Shown here one piece after another: positions 19,645 to 31,098 of a DNA stretch of 64,000 bases. A program made the position numbers and the translations under genes. The notes below the pieces were generated by a model, which was given only the letters and a program-made list of their open reading frames with translations, was not told the origin of the DNA and made no database searches. Source of the stretch: an uncultured Planctomycetia bacterium (GTDB lineage Bacteria; Omnitrophota; Gorgyraeia; Duberdicusellales; 4484-171); NCBI GenBank assembly GCA_964489445.1, contig CAZAYU010000001.1:146276-210275 (forward strand), written 5' to 3'. Each line of letters begins with the position of its first letter. Within the stretch, counting starts at the first letter, position 1.

Positions 19645-20157
19645 TCAATATTTGATTAAAGAATACGTGGGGTATTTTTTGATTTTATTTCGGCCCTTAA
19701 GGTTGACCAGCTCGATTAAAAATGACACTCCGACAATATTTCCTTTTACTTTCTCAGCTAATTTAATCAAAGCTAAAGCAGTCCCGCCAGTAGCCAATAA
19801 ATCATCTAGAACCAAAATATTTTTACCAGAAGGAAAAGCATCACGATGTATTTCTAAGGAATCTTTTCCATACTCTAACGAATAAGTGCTGCGATACACT
19901 TTAGCGGGTAACTTTCCCGGCTTACGGACAGGAACAAATCCACAATTTAGTTTATAGGCAAGTACTCCCCCAAAAATAAAACCTCGAGATTCCGCAGCAA
20001 CAATATAATCAATCTTTTTACCTTTAATTAGGTTAACCCATTCATCAATTGTCTTTTTAAACGCTTTTTTATCGTTCAACAAAGTAGTTATGTCTCTAAA
20101 CAAAATACCTTTTTTGGGAAAATCAGGAATCGCTCTTATCCGGTCTTCTATCTTCAT
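19645..20157 (-). CDS. apt: adenine phosphoribosyltransferase
   Basis: PRPP-binding motif VLVLDDLLATGGTALA and DYIVAAESRGFIFG. 170 aa. Confidence 0.9.
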   Translation of the reverse strand: MKIEDRIRAIPDFPKKGILFRDITTLLNDKKAFKKTIDEWVNLIKGKKIDYIVAAESRGFIFGGVLAYKLNCGFVPVRKPGKLPAKVYRSTYSLEYGKDSLEIHRDAFPSGKNILVLDDLLATGGTALALIKLAEKVKGNIVGVSFLIELVNLKGRNKIKKYPTYSLIKY

Positions 20158-20169
20158 ATTCGCCTCCGG

Positions 20170-20985
20170 TTATAACTGTTTTTTCTGCTCTTCGGTGACA
20201 TAATCCTTTAACTTTTGCAAAGCCTCTTTTTCAATCTGTCTGACCCTCTCTCGAGATATTCCCAATGCTTTCGCTACTTTAGCTAAAGTGTGTGGTTTCC
20301 CGTCAATTATCCCAAAACGCAGATTAAGCACCAGTTTTTCCCTCTCAGCAACAGAATTTAAAAGCTGTTCTATTCGCTCTCGGTTAAACATATTGTCAAT
20401 CATGTCAGAATTGTTAGTGTATTCACGATTCTTAACAAAATCAGCTAATGTTGAACCGCCATTGGCACCTACTGGAGCATCTAGCGATGATTTTTTTTGA
20501 ATCCACATTTCAATCTCGCCAATTTTAGCAACCGGCATTTTTAACTGACGAGCTATCTCTCCACGTGAAGGTTCCTGGCTTGTTTTTTGTCTTAGCTTTT
20601 CTTTTGCCTTCTTGTACTTAGAAATGAACTCACTCATATAAACGGGGATCCTAATTGTCTTTCCTTGATCAATCAACGCTCTGGTTATTGCCTGGCGTAT
20701 CCACCAAGCAGCATATGTTGAAAAACGATAGCCACGTGTGGTATCGAATTTATCAATAGCACGCATCAAACCAATATTCCCTTCAGCTATCAAATCCATT
20801 AACGATAGATTAAAATGAGCATAGTGCTTAGCAATACTAACCACTAATTTTAAATTGCAGTTAATAATCTTACGCCGAGCATCTCGATTGCCATGTTTTG
20901 CTTTCTTGATAAAATCGATCTCCTCATGCTTCTTAAGTAAGGGAAGATCTTTTATGCTGTTTAAGTATGCCCTCAACGCTTCCAT
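20170..20985 (-). CDS. RNA polymerase sigma factor, sigma-70 family (compact, 271 aa; RpoD/RpoS/RpoH-like regions 2-4)
   Basis: Region 2 [36 protein letters not shown] and TIRIPVYM. Region 4 has an HTH ([23 protein letters not shown]). Confidence 0.85.
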   Translation of the reverse strand: MEALRAYLNSIKDLPLLKKHEEIDFIKKAKHGNRDARRKIINCNLKLVVSIAKHYAHFNLSLMDLIAEGNIGLMRAIDKFDTTRGYRFSTYAAWWIRQAITRALIDQGKTIRIPVYMSEFISKYKKAKEKLRQKTSQEPSRGEIARQLKMPVAKIGEIEMWIQKKSSLDAPVGANGGSTLADFVKNREYTNNSDMIDNMFNRERIEQLLNSVAEREKLVLNLRFGIIDGKPHTLAKVAKALGISRERVRQIEKEALQKLKDYVTEEQKKQL

Positions 20986-20990
20986 AAAAT

Positions 20991-23678
20991 CTATTTGCCT
21001 TTTTCTTCTATCGCTATTTGGGCCGCTGCCAACCTGGCAATCGGAACTCTAAACGGAGAACAGCTAACGTAATTTAAACCAGCTTTATGGCAAAATTTAA
21101 CCGACTCCGGATCTCCTCCGTGTTCTCCGCAGATACCACACTTGAGATTCTTATTTGTTTTTCTTCCTAAGGTCACAGCCGTTTTCACTAGCTGGCCAAC
21201 ACCTTCTTGATCTATCGTCTGGAACGGATCATCTGGCAAAATTTTCTTTTCTATGTATTCCGGTAAAAAAACTCCGGCATCATCACGACTATACCCAAAA
21301 GTCATTTGGGTTAAATCGTTTGTTCCAAAAGAAAAAAATTCAGCCTTTAAGGCAATCTTATCCGCAGTTAAGGCTGCCCGAGGAATCTCAATCATTGTTC
21401 CTACAGTATATTTTACTTTTGACTTCAGCCTTTTAATAACCCCTTCGGCAGTTTTGCGAACAATATTTTCCAGATATTCGAATTCGTTAGACGTACCTAT
21501 AAGCGGAATCATAATCTCCGGAAAAACTTTAATTCCTTTTTTAGCCATATTACAAGCGGCTTCAATAATTGCCGTTGACTGCATGACACAAAGCTCAGGG
21601 TAAGTAATTGACAACCTACAACCACGATGGCCAAGCATCGGATTTAATTCATGTAACTTTTTAACGAGATCTTCAACCTTTGCCGATGAAATTTTTAAAC
21701 GTTTAGCCATTTCTTTTTGACCTTCAGTATCGTTAGGCAGAAATTCATGTAATGGCGGATCAAGAAGTCGTATTGTTACTGGTAGCCCATTCATTGCCTT
21801 AAAAATACCCTCAAAATCTTTTCTCTGATAAGGTAATAATTTTTTAATAGCTGCTTCTCGTGTTTTGCTGTCCTGGGCTAAAATAAATTCACGAACAGCC
21901 CAAATCCTTTCTCCTTCAAAAAACATATGCTCAGTTCGTGTAAGTCCAATACCTTCAGCCCCTAAGTTCCGAGCCGCTAAAGAATCTTTTGGTGTATCCG
22001 CGTTAGCACGAATATTAAGTTTTCGATATTGGTCAGCCCATTTCATTATCTGAACAAACATTTTATAGATCAAACTTCTTTTAGCGGCAGAATTATTATA
22101 AACAACTCCAGCAATTACCGGGCTAACCGTCGACTTTACATCACCTAGCATAACATCTCCGGTTGTACCATCCAACGAAAGATAATCGCCTTCTTTTACT
22201 GTACTTCCTCCTACCGATATTTGTTTTTTAGCGTAATTAATATTTAAAGCGCTACATCCGGCGATACAACATTTACCCCAACCTCTAGCCACTACAGCAG
22301 CATGTGAAGTCATCCCTCCAGTTGAAGTTAATATTCCTTCAGCAGCATCCATGCCAGCAACATCTTCCGGAGAAGTCTCGTGACGAACAAGAATGACCTT
22401 TTTCCCTTTTTTCTTCCAAGCTTCTGCATCGTCAGCTGTAAATACTACATACCCCGACGCAGCACCTGGTCCGGCAGGAAGCCCTTTTGCTATCTTTTTT
22501 GCCTTGTTTTGCGCTACTGGATCAAAAACCGGAAAAAGAAGCTGATTAAGTTGTTCACCTTCAATCCTCAAGAGAGCTTCCTGAGGTGTAATCATTCTTT
22601 CTTTTACCATGTCATAAGCAATCTTAACTGCCGCAATCCCAGTACGTTTCCCGGTACGTGTCTGCAGCATAAAGAGCTTACCTTCCTGTATAGTAAACTC
22701 TACATCCTGCATATCTCTATAATGCTTCTCAAGTTTTTTCCTTATCTTATTAAGTTCTTCATAAATTTTTGGCATTTCTTTTTTAAGGTCGCTTATCGGC
22801 TCCGGAGTCCTTATCCCAGCCACTACATCCTCGCCTTGAGCATTGATAAGAAATTCGCCAAAAAATTCTTCTCCTCCGTTTGAAGGATTACGCGTAAAAG
22901 CTACACCAGTCCCGGAAGTGTTACCCATATTCCCAAAAACCATTGACTGAACATTAACCGCAGTACCAAGAAGTCCTGTAATTTTATTTATCCTCCTATA
23001 GATTACCGCTCTTTCAATATTCCATGAGCCAAACACTGCATTAACTGCAGCCATTAGCTGCTCTTTTGCATCAGTCGGAAATGGTTTTTTTACGTATTTC
23101 TTATATACATTTTTATACTGCTGAACCAATTCTTTAAGCTGAGAAGCAGTAAGATCACTGTCTTGTTTTACTTTGTATTTTTTCTTAATAGCAGCCATTT
23201 TTTCTTCAAAGTGTCCATGATCAACACCCATGACAACATTTCCAAACATATCAATAAAACGTCGATAGGCATCCCAGGCGAGACGTTCATTTCCAGTTTT
23301 TTTTGCAAGGCCAATAACCGCATCATCATTCAACCCAAGATTAAGAACCGTATCCATCATTCCCGGCATTGAAACCGCAGCGCCGCTACGCACAGAAACT
23401 AGTAAAGGATTATTGGAGTCACCTAGCTTAGCTTGCATACTTTTCTCTAACATAGAGATATTAGCATCTATCTGCTTCTGCAATTCGGCAGGATATTTTT
23501 TCCCATGTTTAGAGTAATAGTCACAGACTTCTGTTGAAATCGTAAATCCCGGAGGCACTGGCACTCCAATACTACACATTTCCGCTAAATTCGCACCTTT
23601 GCCGCCTAAAATATTTTTCATTTTAGCGTTACCGTCTGACTTTCCTTTACTAAAAAAATAAACATACTTCTTCGCCAT
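20991..23678 (-). CDS. ppdK: pyruvate, phosphate dikinase
   Basis: N-terminus [34 protein letters not shown]. 895 aa. A PEP-utilising His domain is present. Confidence 0.95.
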   Translation of the reverse strand: MAKKYVYFFSKGKSDGNAKMKNILGGKGANLAEMCSIGVPVPPGFTISTEVCDYYSKHGKKYPAELQKQIDANISMLEKSMQAKLGDSNNPLLVSVRSGAAVSMPGMMDTVLNLGLNDDAVIGLAKKTGNERLAWDAYRRFIDMFGNVVMGVDHGHFEEKMAAIKKKYKVKQDSDLTASQLKELVQQYKNVYKKYVKKPFPTDAKEQLMAAVNAVFGSWNIERAVIYRRINKITGLLGTAVNVQSMVFGNMGNTSGTGVAFTRNPSNGGEEFFGEFLINAQGEDVVAGIRTPEPISDLKKEMPKIYEELNKIRKKLEKHYRDMQDVEFTIQEGKLFMLQTRTGKRTGIAAVKIAYDMVKERMITPQEALLRIEGEQLNQLLFPVFDPVAQNKAKKIAKGLPAGPGAASGYVVFTADDAEAWKKKGKKVILVRHETSPEDVAGMDAAEGILTSTGGMTSHAAVVARGWGKCCIAGCSALNINYAKKQISVGGSTVKEGDYLSLDGTTGDVMLGDVKSTVSPVIAGVVYNNSAAKRSLIYKMFVQIMKWADQYRKLNIRANADTPKDSLAARNLGAEGIGLTRTEHMFFEGERIWAVREFILAQDSKTREAAIKKLLPYQRKDFEGIFKAMNGLPVTIRLLDPPLHEFLPNDTEGQKEMAKRLKISSAKVEDLVKKLHELNPMLGHRGCRLSITYPELCVMQSTAIIEAACNMAKKGIKVFPEIMIPLIGTSNEFEYLENIVRKTAEGVIKRLKSKVKYTVGTMIEIPRAALTADKIALKAEFFSFGTNDLTQMTFGYSRDDAGVFLPEYIEKKILPDDPFQTIDQEGVGQLVKTAVTLGRKTNKNLKCGICGEHGGDPESVKFCHKAGLNYVSCSPFRVPIARLAAAQIAIEEKGK

Positions 23679-23720
23679 CTTTTCTTTCTCCCTTTTTCTT
23701 ATTGTAAATTCATAATTTAT

Positions 23721-25088
23721 TCAAAAAGTATCAACTTCTTTCTCGAGAAAATCAGAAATTTTAGTCATTTCTATTCTTTCCTGCGTCATTGTGTCCCGAT
23801 TACGCACAGTTACTTTCTTGTCGGTTAAACTTTCCACATCAACGGTAACACAAAAAGGTGTCCCAATCTCATCTTGACGTCGATAAAGCTTACCGATCGC
23901 AGCGGTATCGTCATATATGGCAGGTATTTCATTTTTTATATCACAAAAAATATTTTTTGCAAGACTTACTATCTCATTGTTATTCTTCAACAATGGAAAC
24001 ACAGCTACCCGATAAGGAGAAAGTTCCGGCTTAAGTTTTAACACCGTTCTCAATTTTCCGCGAACATCTTCTTGATGAAATGCATCAGAAATAACCGCTA
24101 AAAAAGTTCGGTCTACACCCGCAGAAGGTTCAATAACAAACGGAACATATTTTTCTTTTAACCGATCATCAAAAAACGATAAATCTTTTTTGCTCCCTCG
24201 AGAGTGTTCTGTCAAATCAAAATCACCTCTATTGGCAATCCCTTCCAGCTCACTCCAGTTTCCGTCAGAATCAGACTCACTTTTAGCAAAAAATGAAAAA
24301 TTAAATTCAATGTCCGTACACCCTTTAGCGTAGTGTGCCAACTCCTCTGGGGCATGCTCTCTTAGCCGTAAATTATTTTTTTGTAATCCTATTTTTTCAA
24401 TATAAAAATTAAATCGCTCATCTACCCACTTATGATAGAATTCTTCCGCTTGGCTCGGATGAACAAAGTATTCTATCTCCATTTGCTCAAACTCCTTCAT
24501 CCTGAATATAAAACTACCTCCTGTAACCTCGTTACGAAACGCCTTGCCAATTTGAGCAATTCCAAAGGGAGGCTTCTTGCGCATCGTATTGAGAACATTG
24601 TTAAAATTAACAAATATTCCCTGTGCAGTTTCCGGACGTAAATAGGCATAGTAAGGATCACTCTCTGAAGCACTCATATTTGTTTTAAGCATCAAGTTAA
24701 ACTTACGCGCTTTATTCTTCTTAGTGTCAATCGCTGCGCCACAGCTAGCGCATTGATACTTATTCTCTTCTATCTTCTCAATTTTATCCAACCGAAATCT
24801 TTTTTTACATTCAGGACAATCTACTAGCCAATCCACAAATCCGCCTAAATGCCCAGAAGCAACAAACACTCCCTCCTGCATTATTATGCTGCTGTCTAAT
24901 CCAACAATATCCTCTCTTTCTTCAACATAATGCTTCCACCAAATATCTTTAATTCTTTTTTTTAGCATTGCCCCTAATGGCCCATAGTCCCAGATGCTAG
25001 AAAGCCCTCCGTAGATTTCTGACCCCCCAAATACAAACCCCCTTCGGCGACATAGAGAAGTTATCTTTGTTAATCTGTCTTCGGCCAT
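23721..25088 (-). CDS. glyQS: glycine--tRNA ligase (homodimeric GlyQS type)
   Basis: N-terminus RRGFVFGGSEIYGGLSSIWDYGPLG. 455 aa. Confidence 0.9.
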   Translation of the reverse strand: MAEDRLTKITSLCRRRGFVFGGSEIYGGLSSIWDYGPLGAMLKKRIKDIWWKHYVEEREDIVGLDSSIIMQEGVFVASGHLGGFVDWLVDCPECKKRFRLDKIEKIEENKYQCASCGAAIDTKKNKARKFNLMLKTNMSASESDPYYAYLRPETAQGIFVNFNNVLNTMRKKPPFGIAQIGKAFRNEVTGGSFIFRMKEFEQMEIEYFVHPSQAEEFYHKWVDERFNFYIEKIGLQKNNLRLREHAPEELAHYAKGCTDIEFNFSFFAKSESDSDGNWSELEGIANRGDFDLTEHSRGSKKDLSFFDDRLKEKYVPFVIEPSAGVDRTFLAVISDAFHQEDVRGKLRTVLKLKPELSPYRVAVFPLLKNNNEIVSLAKNIFCDIKNEIPAIYDDTAAIGKLYRRQDEIGTPFCVTVDVESLTDKKVTVRNRDTMTQERIEMTKISDFLEKEVDTF

Positions 25089-25190
25089 AGCCTTTAATTA
25101 TACCCTAAAAATTACTTTTTTTAAGGTTTTTTTTATAATCTTTAAGCTTATTTGTTTTCACTTGTACACTCCAAAAAATCAGCTAAAATG

Positions 25191-25955
25191 CTATTCACTG
25201 TTAACCACCATTATTTCTTCAGGGGTGTTGACTATAATCTCTGGGCCATTATATTCTCTAATTCTTCCGGTAATCTCAACAAGCTTACCGCGATAAAACA
25301 GCAACGGATCAACCCCTTTTTTTCTAAAACTCTCTATCGAATTGTTAAAAACTACCACTGTAAAATCTGTCTGCCAATCTTCGCCAAAATTTAAGAATAC
25401 ACATTTGGAAGATTGGTAAGTACTCTTAACGTAGCCTCGAACAGTCTTTATCTGGCCAACATATAGTTGAGCATCCTCTGAGAATATAATTTCATAGCTT
25501 CCCCAAAGACCTTTATTTTGTTCTCGAGCCTCTGTTTGTAATTTATAAAATAAATTAGCGTGTTTAACATTAGGAGGATAAGTATAAACTACCGCATATC
25601 CCTCTTCTAATAATTTTGCATTAATAAATACCCCATCTACATAGCAATAACCAAGAATTCGTCCATAGCGATCTTTCTTTTCAATATCATATTCAATTTT
25701 TACTGTTTTTCCCAATACTAACTGTTGATTATATTCTTTTGCTTCTAAAGCAAACGGCTGAGGAGAATAAACAAAATTGTTTTTCTTTTTAATTCTCACT
25801 TCTGGAGTATCAATACCAATGTATCTTAGTAGTTTTCCTCCAGATAATTTAATCGTATCACCATCAATAACTTTTAATACTTTTTGTTCAGTACCATTTT
25901 GTGGACTACTACAGGCAACAAGCAGGAAGAATAAAAGAAATAGTTTTCTAATCAC
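25191..25955 (-). CDS. lipoprotein with thermonuclease (SNase-like) domain
   Basis: Lipobox LLVACSS. The N-terminal LKVIDGDTIKL...RYIGIDTPE is the micrococcal-nuclease motif. The extra C-terminal ~100 aa domain is unassigned. Confidence 0.7.
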   Translation of the reverse strand: MIRKLFLLFFLLVACSSPQNGTEQKVLKVIDGDTIKLSGGKLLRYIGIDTPEVRIKKKNNFVYSPQPFALEAKEYNQQLVLGKTVKIEYDIEKKDRYGRILGYCYVDGVFINAKLLEEGYAVVYTYPPNVKHANLFYKLQTEAREQNKGLWGSYEIIFSEDAQLYVGQIKTVRGYVKSTYQSSKCVFLNFGEDWQTDFTVVVFNNSIESFRKKGVDPLLFYRGKLVEITGRIREYNGPEIIVNTPEEIMVVNSE

Positions 25956-26347
25956 TGTAGAGCTTGAACAATGTTCTGAAATATTTCTTGAGCAAACTGA
26001 GGTTTAGGTAGCAGTAATTTCTGCGCGGAAACCTTAAGTCTCTGAATTCCGGGATTTATAATATTAATTTTTAAAGCTACATTGTATCCATTAACCCTTG
26101 CTTTTATCCTTCCTTTTGACTCATCAGCAAGATACACTCCGGCTTTCATTTCTTTTAAAGTTTTCAAACTAGCATCCCATAACTCTCGATATTCACCTTC
26201 AACATTCCCTTTTGCCGAATCACCGACTATTGCATAACCAGTTACTCCAGCTATACCCACACCGATTAGTATCGGAAGACATCCGCTAAGTAAACACAAG
26301 ATTGAACAGTAAATAAAAAACTTCTTCATAGCGTTATTTTCAACCAA
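25952..26347 (-). CDS. hypothetical lipoprotein (131 aa)
   Basis: Signal peptide with a Cys lipobox (LLSGCLP). No family recognised. Confidence 0.4.
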   Translation of the reverse strand: MVENNAMKKFFIYCSILCLLSGCLPILIGVGIAGVTGYAIVGDSAKGNVEGEYRELWDASLKTLKEMKAGVYLADESKGRIKARVNGYNVALKINIINPGIQRLKVSAQKLLLPKPQFAQEIFQNIVQALQ

Positions 26348-26466
26348 ATGTAATATATCAAATTATTGTACTTTTGCAAGAACTAATAGCTATAATCTTC
26401 CATTTTGTTCTTCAATCCACCAAAATTATTATCAAAATATTTGTTGACCAGACCTTCAAGGCTAAT

Positions 26467-27381
26467 CTAACGAATACTCTTAAAAAGACTTTGAAAGGTC
26501 GAATAAGAAGGATTAAACCCTAACGCCTTGATCCGTTCAATACTATAAGCTCTATCTTTAGCAAAAAAATTCAGCTTCTTCCCTAGAAAAGGTAGCGCTC
26601 TTAATACAGTACTTACCGGCTTATTAACCGCAAATGGTTTAGGTGCGTTTAGCGCTTTAACAAAAATCATCAACACTTCTTTTACAGTAAGAATTTCATC
26701 ATCAGCAATAAAAAATGCCCCTTCAAGAAACTCTTCCCGACTCAATGAGAAAATCATAGCCTGAACAACATTCTTTACACTCACTAGATGAAATTTTTTA
26801 GTGCCCCCATCAATTATAGGTAATATTCGGCATTTCGCCCCTAAAGATATTCTGTCTATCATGTGTGGTTCATTTTTTCCGTAAACCATACAGGGTCGAA
26901 TAATTACTGCCCTTAGTCCTTTTCCTCGACACTCTAAGACTATCTTTTCTGCCTCTATTTTCGATTGGCCATAGATATTGGTAGCAGAAAATGGTAGATC
27001 TTCAGTCAACGGAACTTGCGGATTGCCGCTAACCACAGCTATTGAGCTTAAATACACTAACCTCTCTACATTCAACAATGACGATAATTCACATATATTT
27101 TTTGTGCCCAAAACATTTATTTTATGTAAAAGATGATGATTTTTATTTTTAACATAGCCAGCACAGTGAAACACAACATCAATTTTATTTTCCAAAATTC
27201 CGACTAATGATTCTTTCTTGGTAATGTCAGCATAAATTAATTGCACACCAAAATGCTCGATCAATTTTGCTTTTTTTCTATTGCGCACTAAACAAAAAAG
27301 AGAATGAATTCCTAATTTAGCTAACTCCTCAACTAAATTTTGTCCAATAAATCCGGTTGCTCCGGTAATTAGAATATTCAT
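26467..27381 (-). CDS. NAD-dependent epimerase/dehydratase family protein
   Basis: N-terminal Rossmann motif ILITGATGFIG. 304 aa. Confidence 0.8.
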   Translation of the reverse strand: MNILITGATGFIGQNLVEELAKLGIHSLFCLVRNRKKAKLIEHFGVQLIYADITKKESLVGILENKIDVVFHCAGYVKNKNHHLLHKINVLGTKNICELSSLLNVERLVYLSSIAVVSGNPQVPLTEDLPFSATNIYGQSKIEAEKIVLECRGKGLRAVIIRPCMVYGKNEPHMIDRISLGAKCRILPIIDGGTKKFHLVSVKNVVQAMIFSLSREEFLEGAFFIADDEILTVKEVLMIFVKALNAPKPFAVNKPVSTVLRALPFLGKKLNFFAKDRAYSIERIKALGFNPSYSTFQSLFKSIR

Positions 27382-27386
27382 TTGTA

Positions 27387-28373
27387 CTAGCTATCGGTAG
27401 CTGATTTTAGACTTTTAATTTTCATTTCCCGCTCATTCAGTATTTTATTTATTTGAACTGTATCTGGGCCAGAAATACTCCAGCCAACACTGCCTAAATT
27501 ATCTTCACACTGCTCATTTTTACGCATGCCCGCTATTACTGAGGTAACCCCTGCCTGGTTGAAATTCCAATTAAGCGCTAACTGAGAAAGGGTCTTGCAA
27601 TAAGAATGCGCAATATCTCTTAGTTTAAGGAGAACTTCTTTATTAACCGATAACCGCGGTTCCTCTAAATCAGGCTTCTTCATCTTTCGATTAATATCCG
27701 AAGGAATATTAACACCATTAAAAAAAAATTTACCGCTTAAAATTCCACTATATAGCGGAGCATACGTAATTACCGCTATATTCCTCTCCCTGCAAAAAGA
27801 AAGCGTCTCTTTCTCAATATCCCGAAAAAACATGCTATACTGAGGTTGCAGGGAACAAACTGGGCAACACTTTTCAAATTCCTTAATCTGAGATACTGAA
27901 TAGTTACTTACTCCCACTGCCTTAATAATTCCTTTCTGATAAAACTGGTACATGGTTTCTGCAGTTTTAGCAATTGGAGTATCCGGATCTGGCCAATGCA
28001 CTTGATAAAGATCAAAATAATCTGTATCTAATCGCTTCCTTGATTCATCTAACTCCTCAAACATTCTGCTTGGTTTAAGATTGTGAAAAATATTTCGTCC
28101 CTCCCAACTTAAGCCTAGCTTAGTAGCTAAAATAATTTTTTCGCGTAAACCTCGTTTTTTGATAAAAGAACCAATTAACTTCTCTGAGTATCCCCTTCCA
28201 TAAACCGGAGCAGTATCAATCAAATTAATTCCCTCGGTAATTGCTAAATCTAACACCTCCTGAGAATCACTATCTTTTTGACTACCCCACCATCGATCAT
28301 TGCCAAACGCCCATGTGCCTAGTGCTAAAACCGAAACCTTCAGCTCTGATTTTCCTAAATTTCGATAGTCCAT
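27387..28373 (-). CDS. aldo/keto reductase
   Basis: LALGTWAFG, IDTAPVYG and the overall AKR pattern. 328 aa. Confidence 0.85.
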   Translation of the reverse strand: MDYRNLGKSELKVSVLALGTWAFGNDRWWGSQKDSDSQEVLDLAITEGINLIDTAPVYGRGYSEKLIGSFIKKRGLREKIILATKLGLSWEGRNIFHNLKPSRMFEELDESRKRLDTDYFDLYQVHWPDPDTPIAKTAETMYQFYQKGIIKAVGVSNYSVSQIKEFEKCCPVCSLQPQYSMFFRDIEKETLSFCRERNIAVITYAPLYSGILSGKFFFNGVNIPSDINRKMKKPDLEEPRLSVNKEVLLKLRDIAHSYCKTLSQLALNWNFNQAGVTSVIAGMRKNEQCEDNLGSVGWSISGPDTVQINKILNEREMKIKSLKSATDS

Positions 28374-28567
28374 AATATTTCTTCTCCTTAGTTTTATCTT
28401 ACCATAATAGTCATAGTTAAAGATAGACTATCTACTCTAATTAAATGTCATATCATCTTCCTTTTCGCGATAAATGTCTTTGGCCTTATAAAAAAACCCT
28501 TTACCTTTTTAAAATATTGCTTTGCCTCCATACTGCTTACCGCTGGAAACTGCTTTCCTACAACAAA

Positions 28568-29566
28568 TTAATAAGTTGCTTTGCGTTTCAGGCTATGGCC
28601 ATAACCTTCCGAGATTTGACATCCTAATGAAGTGACTAACTTTTTAACAGATAAATAATTTTGCTGGGGAGATTTTAGAGAAACTTCTTTTCCTGGATAT
28701 ATCTGATAGTATTTTCGGTAACGCACCGGGGTTACATTAGGCATAATAACATTTGCCCCACATTTAAGTGCTTTCTCCCAACCTCGTGAGTCAACAACTC
28801 CCAATGCAGTAGTTGCCGGCAAATGCAAATTTTCGGTTAAAATTCTAACTAGCGCAACCACTTTTAAAGTATCTATCATCCTCCCGGGCGTTTCCCGCTT
28901 TAAAGGAGTATCTGGGTGAGGAATAAACGGACCGATTCCAGCCATATCTAAATCAAGTTTTTTTATGAGTCGAATGTTATTCGCTAAAATCCCCGGTGTT
29001 TGTCCGGGCAAACCAACCATAAATCCAGAGCCAACTTGATATCCGATTTTTTTTAGCCATTCAAGACAAAGAAATCGTTGTCTATAAACAGAGTCGGGTT
29101 TTAGCTTTCGGTAAATACGTAAAGATGAAGTTTCGAATTTAAGTAAGTACCGATCTGCTCCGGCCATCTTGAAAGCTTGATAATCTTTACGTTTCTTTTC
29201 CCCGATAGACAAAGTAAGCGCGCAACCAGTTTGTTTTTTTATCTTAGCTATCAACCGACAGATCTTACCAACTGAATAGTACCCATCTTCCCCAGATTGC
29301 AGAACAAGTGTTTTGCAATTTAGATACGCAGCTTGTTTAGCAATTTCTAATATTTTTTCCTCCGATATCCGATAACGCGTTAATCTAAAATTACTCCGCC
29401 GCAAACCACAATAAAGGCAGTCCCGACTGCAATAATTAGAAAATTCGATTATTCCCCGAAGATGAATATCCAAACCACAAAAATTTTGCCGCACAGAATC
29501 AGCTTCCGTAAATAATCTTTGCGTTTTTCGACTAATTAGATGCCTAATTATTTCTCTTTTATTCAT
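28568..29566 (-). CDS. hydE: [FeFe]-hydrogenase maturase HydE (radical SAM)
   Basis: CSRDCLYCGLRR radical-SAM CxxxCxxC motif. About 330 aa. Sits in an operon with hydG and hydF. Confidence 0.75.
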   Translation of the reverse strand: MNKREIIRHLISRKTQRLFTEADSVRQNFCGLDIHLRGIIEFSNYCSRDCLYCGLRRSNFRLTRYRISEEKILEIAKQAAYLNCKTLVLQSGEDGYYSVGKICRLIAKIKKQTGCALTLSIGEKKRKDYQAFKMAGADRYLLKFETSSLRIYRKLKPDSVYRQRFLCLEWLKKIGYQVGSGFMVGLPGQTPGILANNIRLIKKLDLDMAGIGPFIPHPDTPLKRETPGRMIDTLKVVALVRILTENLHLPATTALGVVDSRGWEKALKCGANVIMPNVTPVRYRKYYQIYPGKEVSLKSPQQNYLSVKKLVTSLGCQISEGYGHSLKRKATY

Positions 29567-29595
29567 TACCCAAACTCACAAACATAATAATATCA

Positions 29596-31098
29596 TCAAA
29601 AGTATAGATCACGCTGGCCTTCTTTAACCCGATTGTAATACTCAACCATTTTTGGAAAAAATCCGGGCATCTTTTTTTCTACCTCTTTTATTTCTTTAGC
29701 AATAACTTTTTCACCTGCTTGTTTAGTTAGCTCATCAGCGAAATCATCTAACCACTCCCGGAAAGTAAGCACTGCATTTAACTTACAAAATTTTCCTTCC
29801 TGACCACTTCGTAATAGATTCATAATTCTAACTCCAGTTCTTCCGCAACGATAACCAGCAGTACAAAACGAAGTAATACAACCTTGCTTGCTAAAATGAT
29901 AAATCAGCTCGTTGAGAGTGCGAGTATCACCTAATACAAATTGCTGACTCTGTGGTTTTTGTTCAGAATATGAATCGCTATACGCACCAACACCTATGCG
30001 AGTTGAGGCATCAGTTTGTGTCCAGCCCAAACCAAGCGTTTCATTGCGCATCTGAGCACTTTCCCGGGCAGTAATGATCATCCCTGTATAAGGAATCGCC
30101 AAACGAATTACTGTCATTAAGTGTTTAAAGTCCCGATCACTAACCTTACACCCAGAATCTTGAGTAAATGGAGCACAAGTTGCCGGCTCTAGGCGCGGAA
30201 AAGAAACTGTATGCGGCCCAATACCAAATTTTGCTTCTAGTTCATGTGCATGAGATAACAAGCCTAATACTTCAAATTTCCAATCATCTAAACCAAATAA
30301 AACACCAATGCCCACATCATCAATCCCCGCTTCAAACGCCCGGTGCATTGCATAAAGCCGCCACTTGTAATCACCTTTAATCGTTCCTTGAGGATGAACA
30401 TTAGAATAAGTTTGGCGATTGTAGGTTTCCTGAAATACCTGATAAGTACCAATGCCTGCATCTTTTAACACTTTAAGATCTTCAATAGACATCGGAGAAG
30501 CGTTAACATTTACTCTTCTTATCCGGCCCCAGCCATTTCTAGTTTTAACTTTTACTTGATAAATAGTATTGATTGTTTTAGCGATATAATCAATGTCTGA
30601 TTGGGGAGATTCTCCGTAAACAACAATCAATCGTTTGTGTCCAATTTTTCCCGCTAATGACTCTGTTTCCATAGCAACCTCTTCCGAGGAAAGAACTTTT
30701 CTGGAAATCTGTTTATTATCACTGCGAAAACCACAATAAAGACAATTGTTTACGCAAGCATTACTTAAATAAAGTGGTGCAAAAGTAACGATTCGGTTGT
30801 CATAAACTTTTTTCTTAACCTTCTGAGCAACTATTTGCATTTTTTCCAAAAGCTGTGGATCCCTAACATTCAAAAGAACAGCAGCTTCGTTTAGCGATAA
30901 AGTTTTTATTGCTAATGATTTCTCCAGGATATCCTCTACTTCTTTGCAAGAATTGTTTTTGCTATCAAGGGCTTCGCTAATTGTCTCATGATCAATAAAA
31001 TCCCGGCCCTTGTCTAGATACTTGGTAATTTGTTTCGAATTAATTCTTTTATTCATCCATAACAAATCATCACTACAATCTTTTTTCATTTTTACCAT
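29596..31098 (-). CDS. hydG: [FeFe]-hydrogenase maturase HydG (radical SAM, ThiH-like)
   Basis: CVNNCLYCGF radical-SAM motif plus a C-terminal Cys cluster (CITSFCTAGYRCGRTG). 500 aa. Confidence 0.8.
   Translation of the reverse strand: MVKMKKDCSDDLLWMNKRINSKQITKYLDKGRDFIDHETISEALDSKNNSCKEVEDILEKSLAIKTLSLNEAAVLLNVRDPQLLEKMQIVAQKVKKKVYDNRIVTFAPLYLSNACVNNCLYCGFRSDNKQISRKVLSSEEVAMETESLAGKIGHKRLIVVYGESPQSDIDYIAKTINTIYQVKVKTRNGWGRIRRVNVNASPMSIEDLKVLKDAGIGTYQVFQETYNRQTYSNVHPQGTIKGDYKWRLYAMHRAFEAGIDDVGIGVLFGLDDWKFEVLGLLSHAHELEAKFGIGPHTVSFPRLEPATCAPFTQDSGCKVSDRDFKHLMTVIRLAIPYTGMIITARESAQMRNETLGLGWTQTDASTRIGVGAYSDSYSEQKPQSQQFVLGDTRTLNELIYHFSKQGCITSFCTAGYRCGRTGVRIMNLLRSGQEGKFCKLNAVLTFREWLDDFADELTKQAGEKVIAKEIKEVEKKMPGFFPKMVEYYNRVKEGQRDLYF

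Noticed and set aside
22380-22883. 167-aa plus-strand ORF
   Set aside because: Antisense to ppdK. The product is Phe/Leu/Lys-rich junk typical of reverse-strand reading of AT-rich coding DNA.
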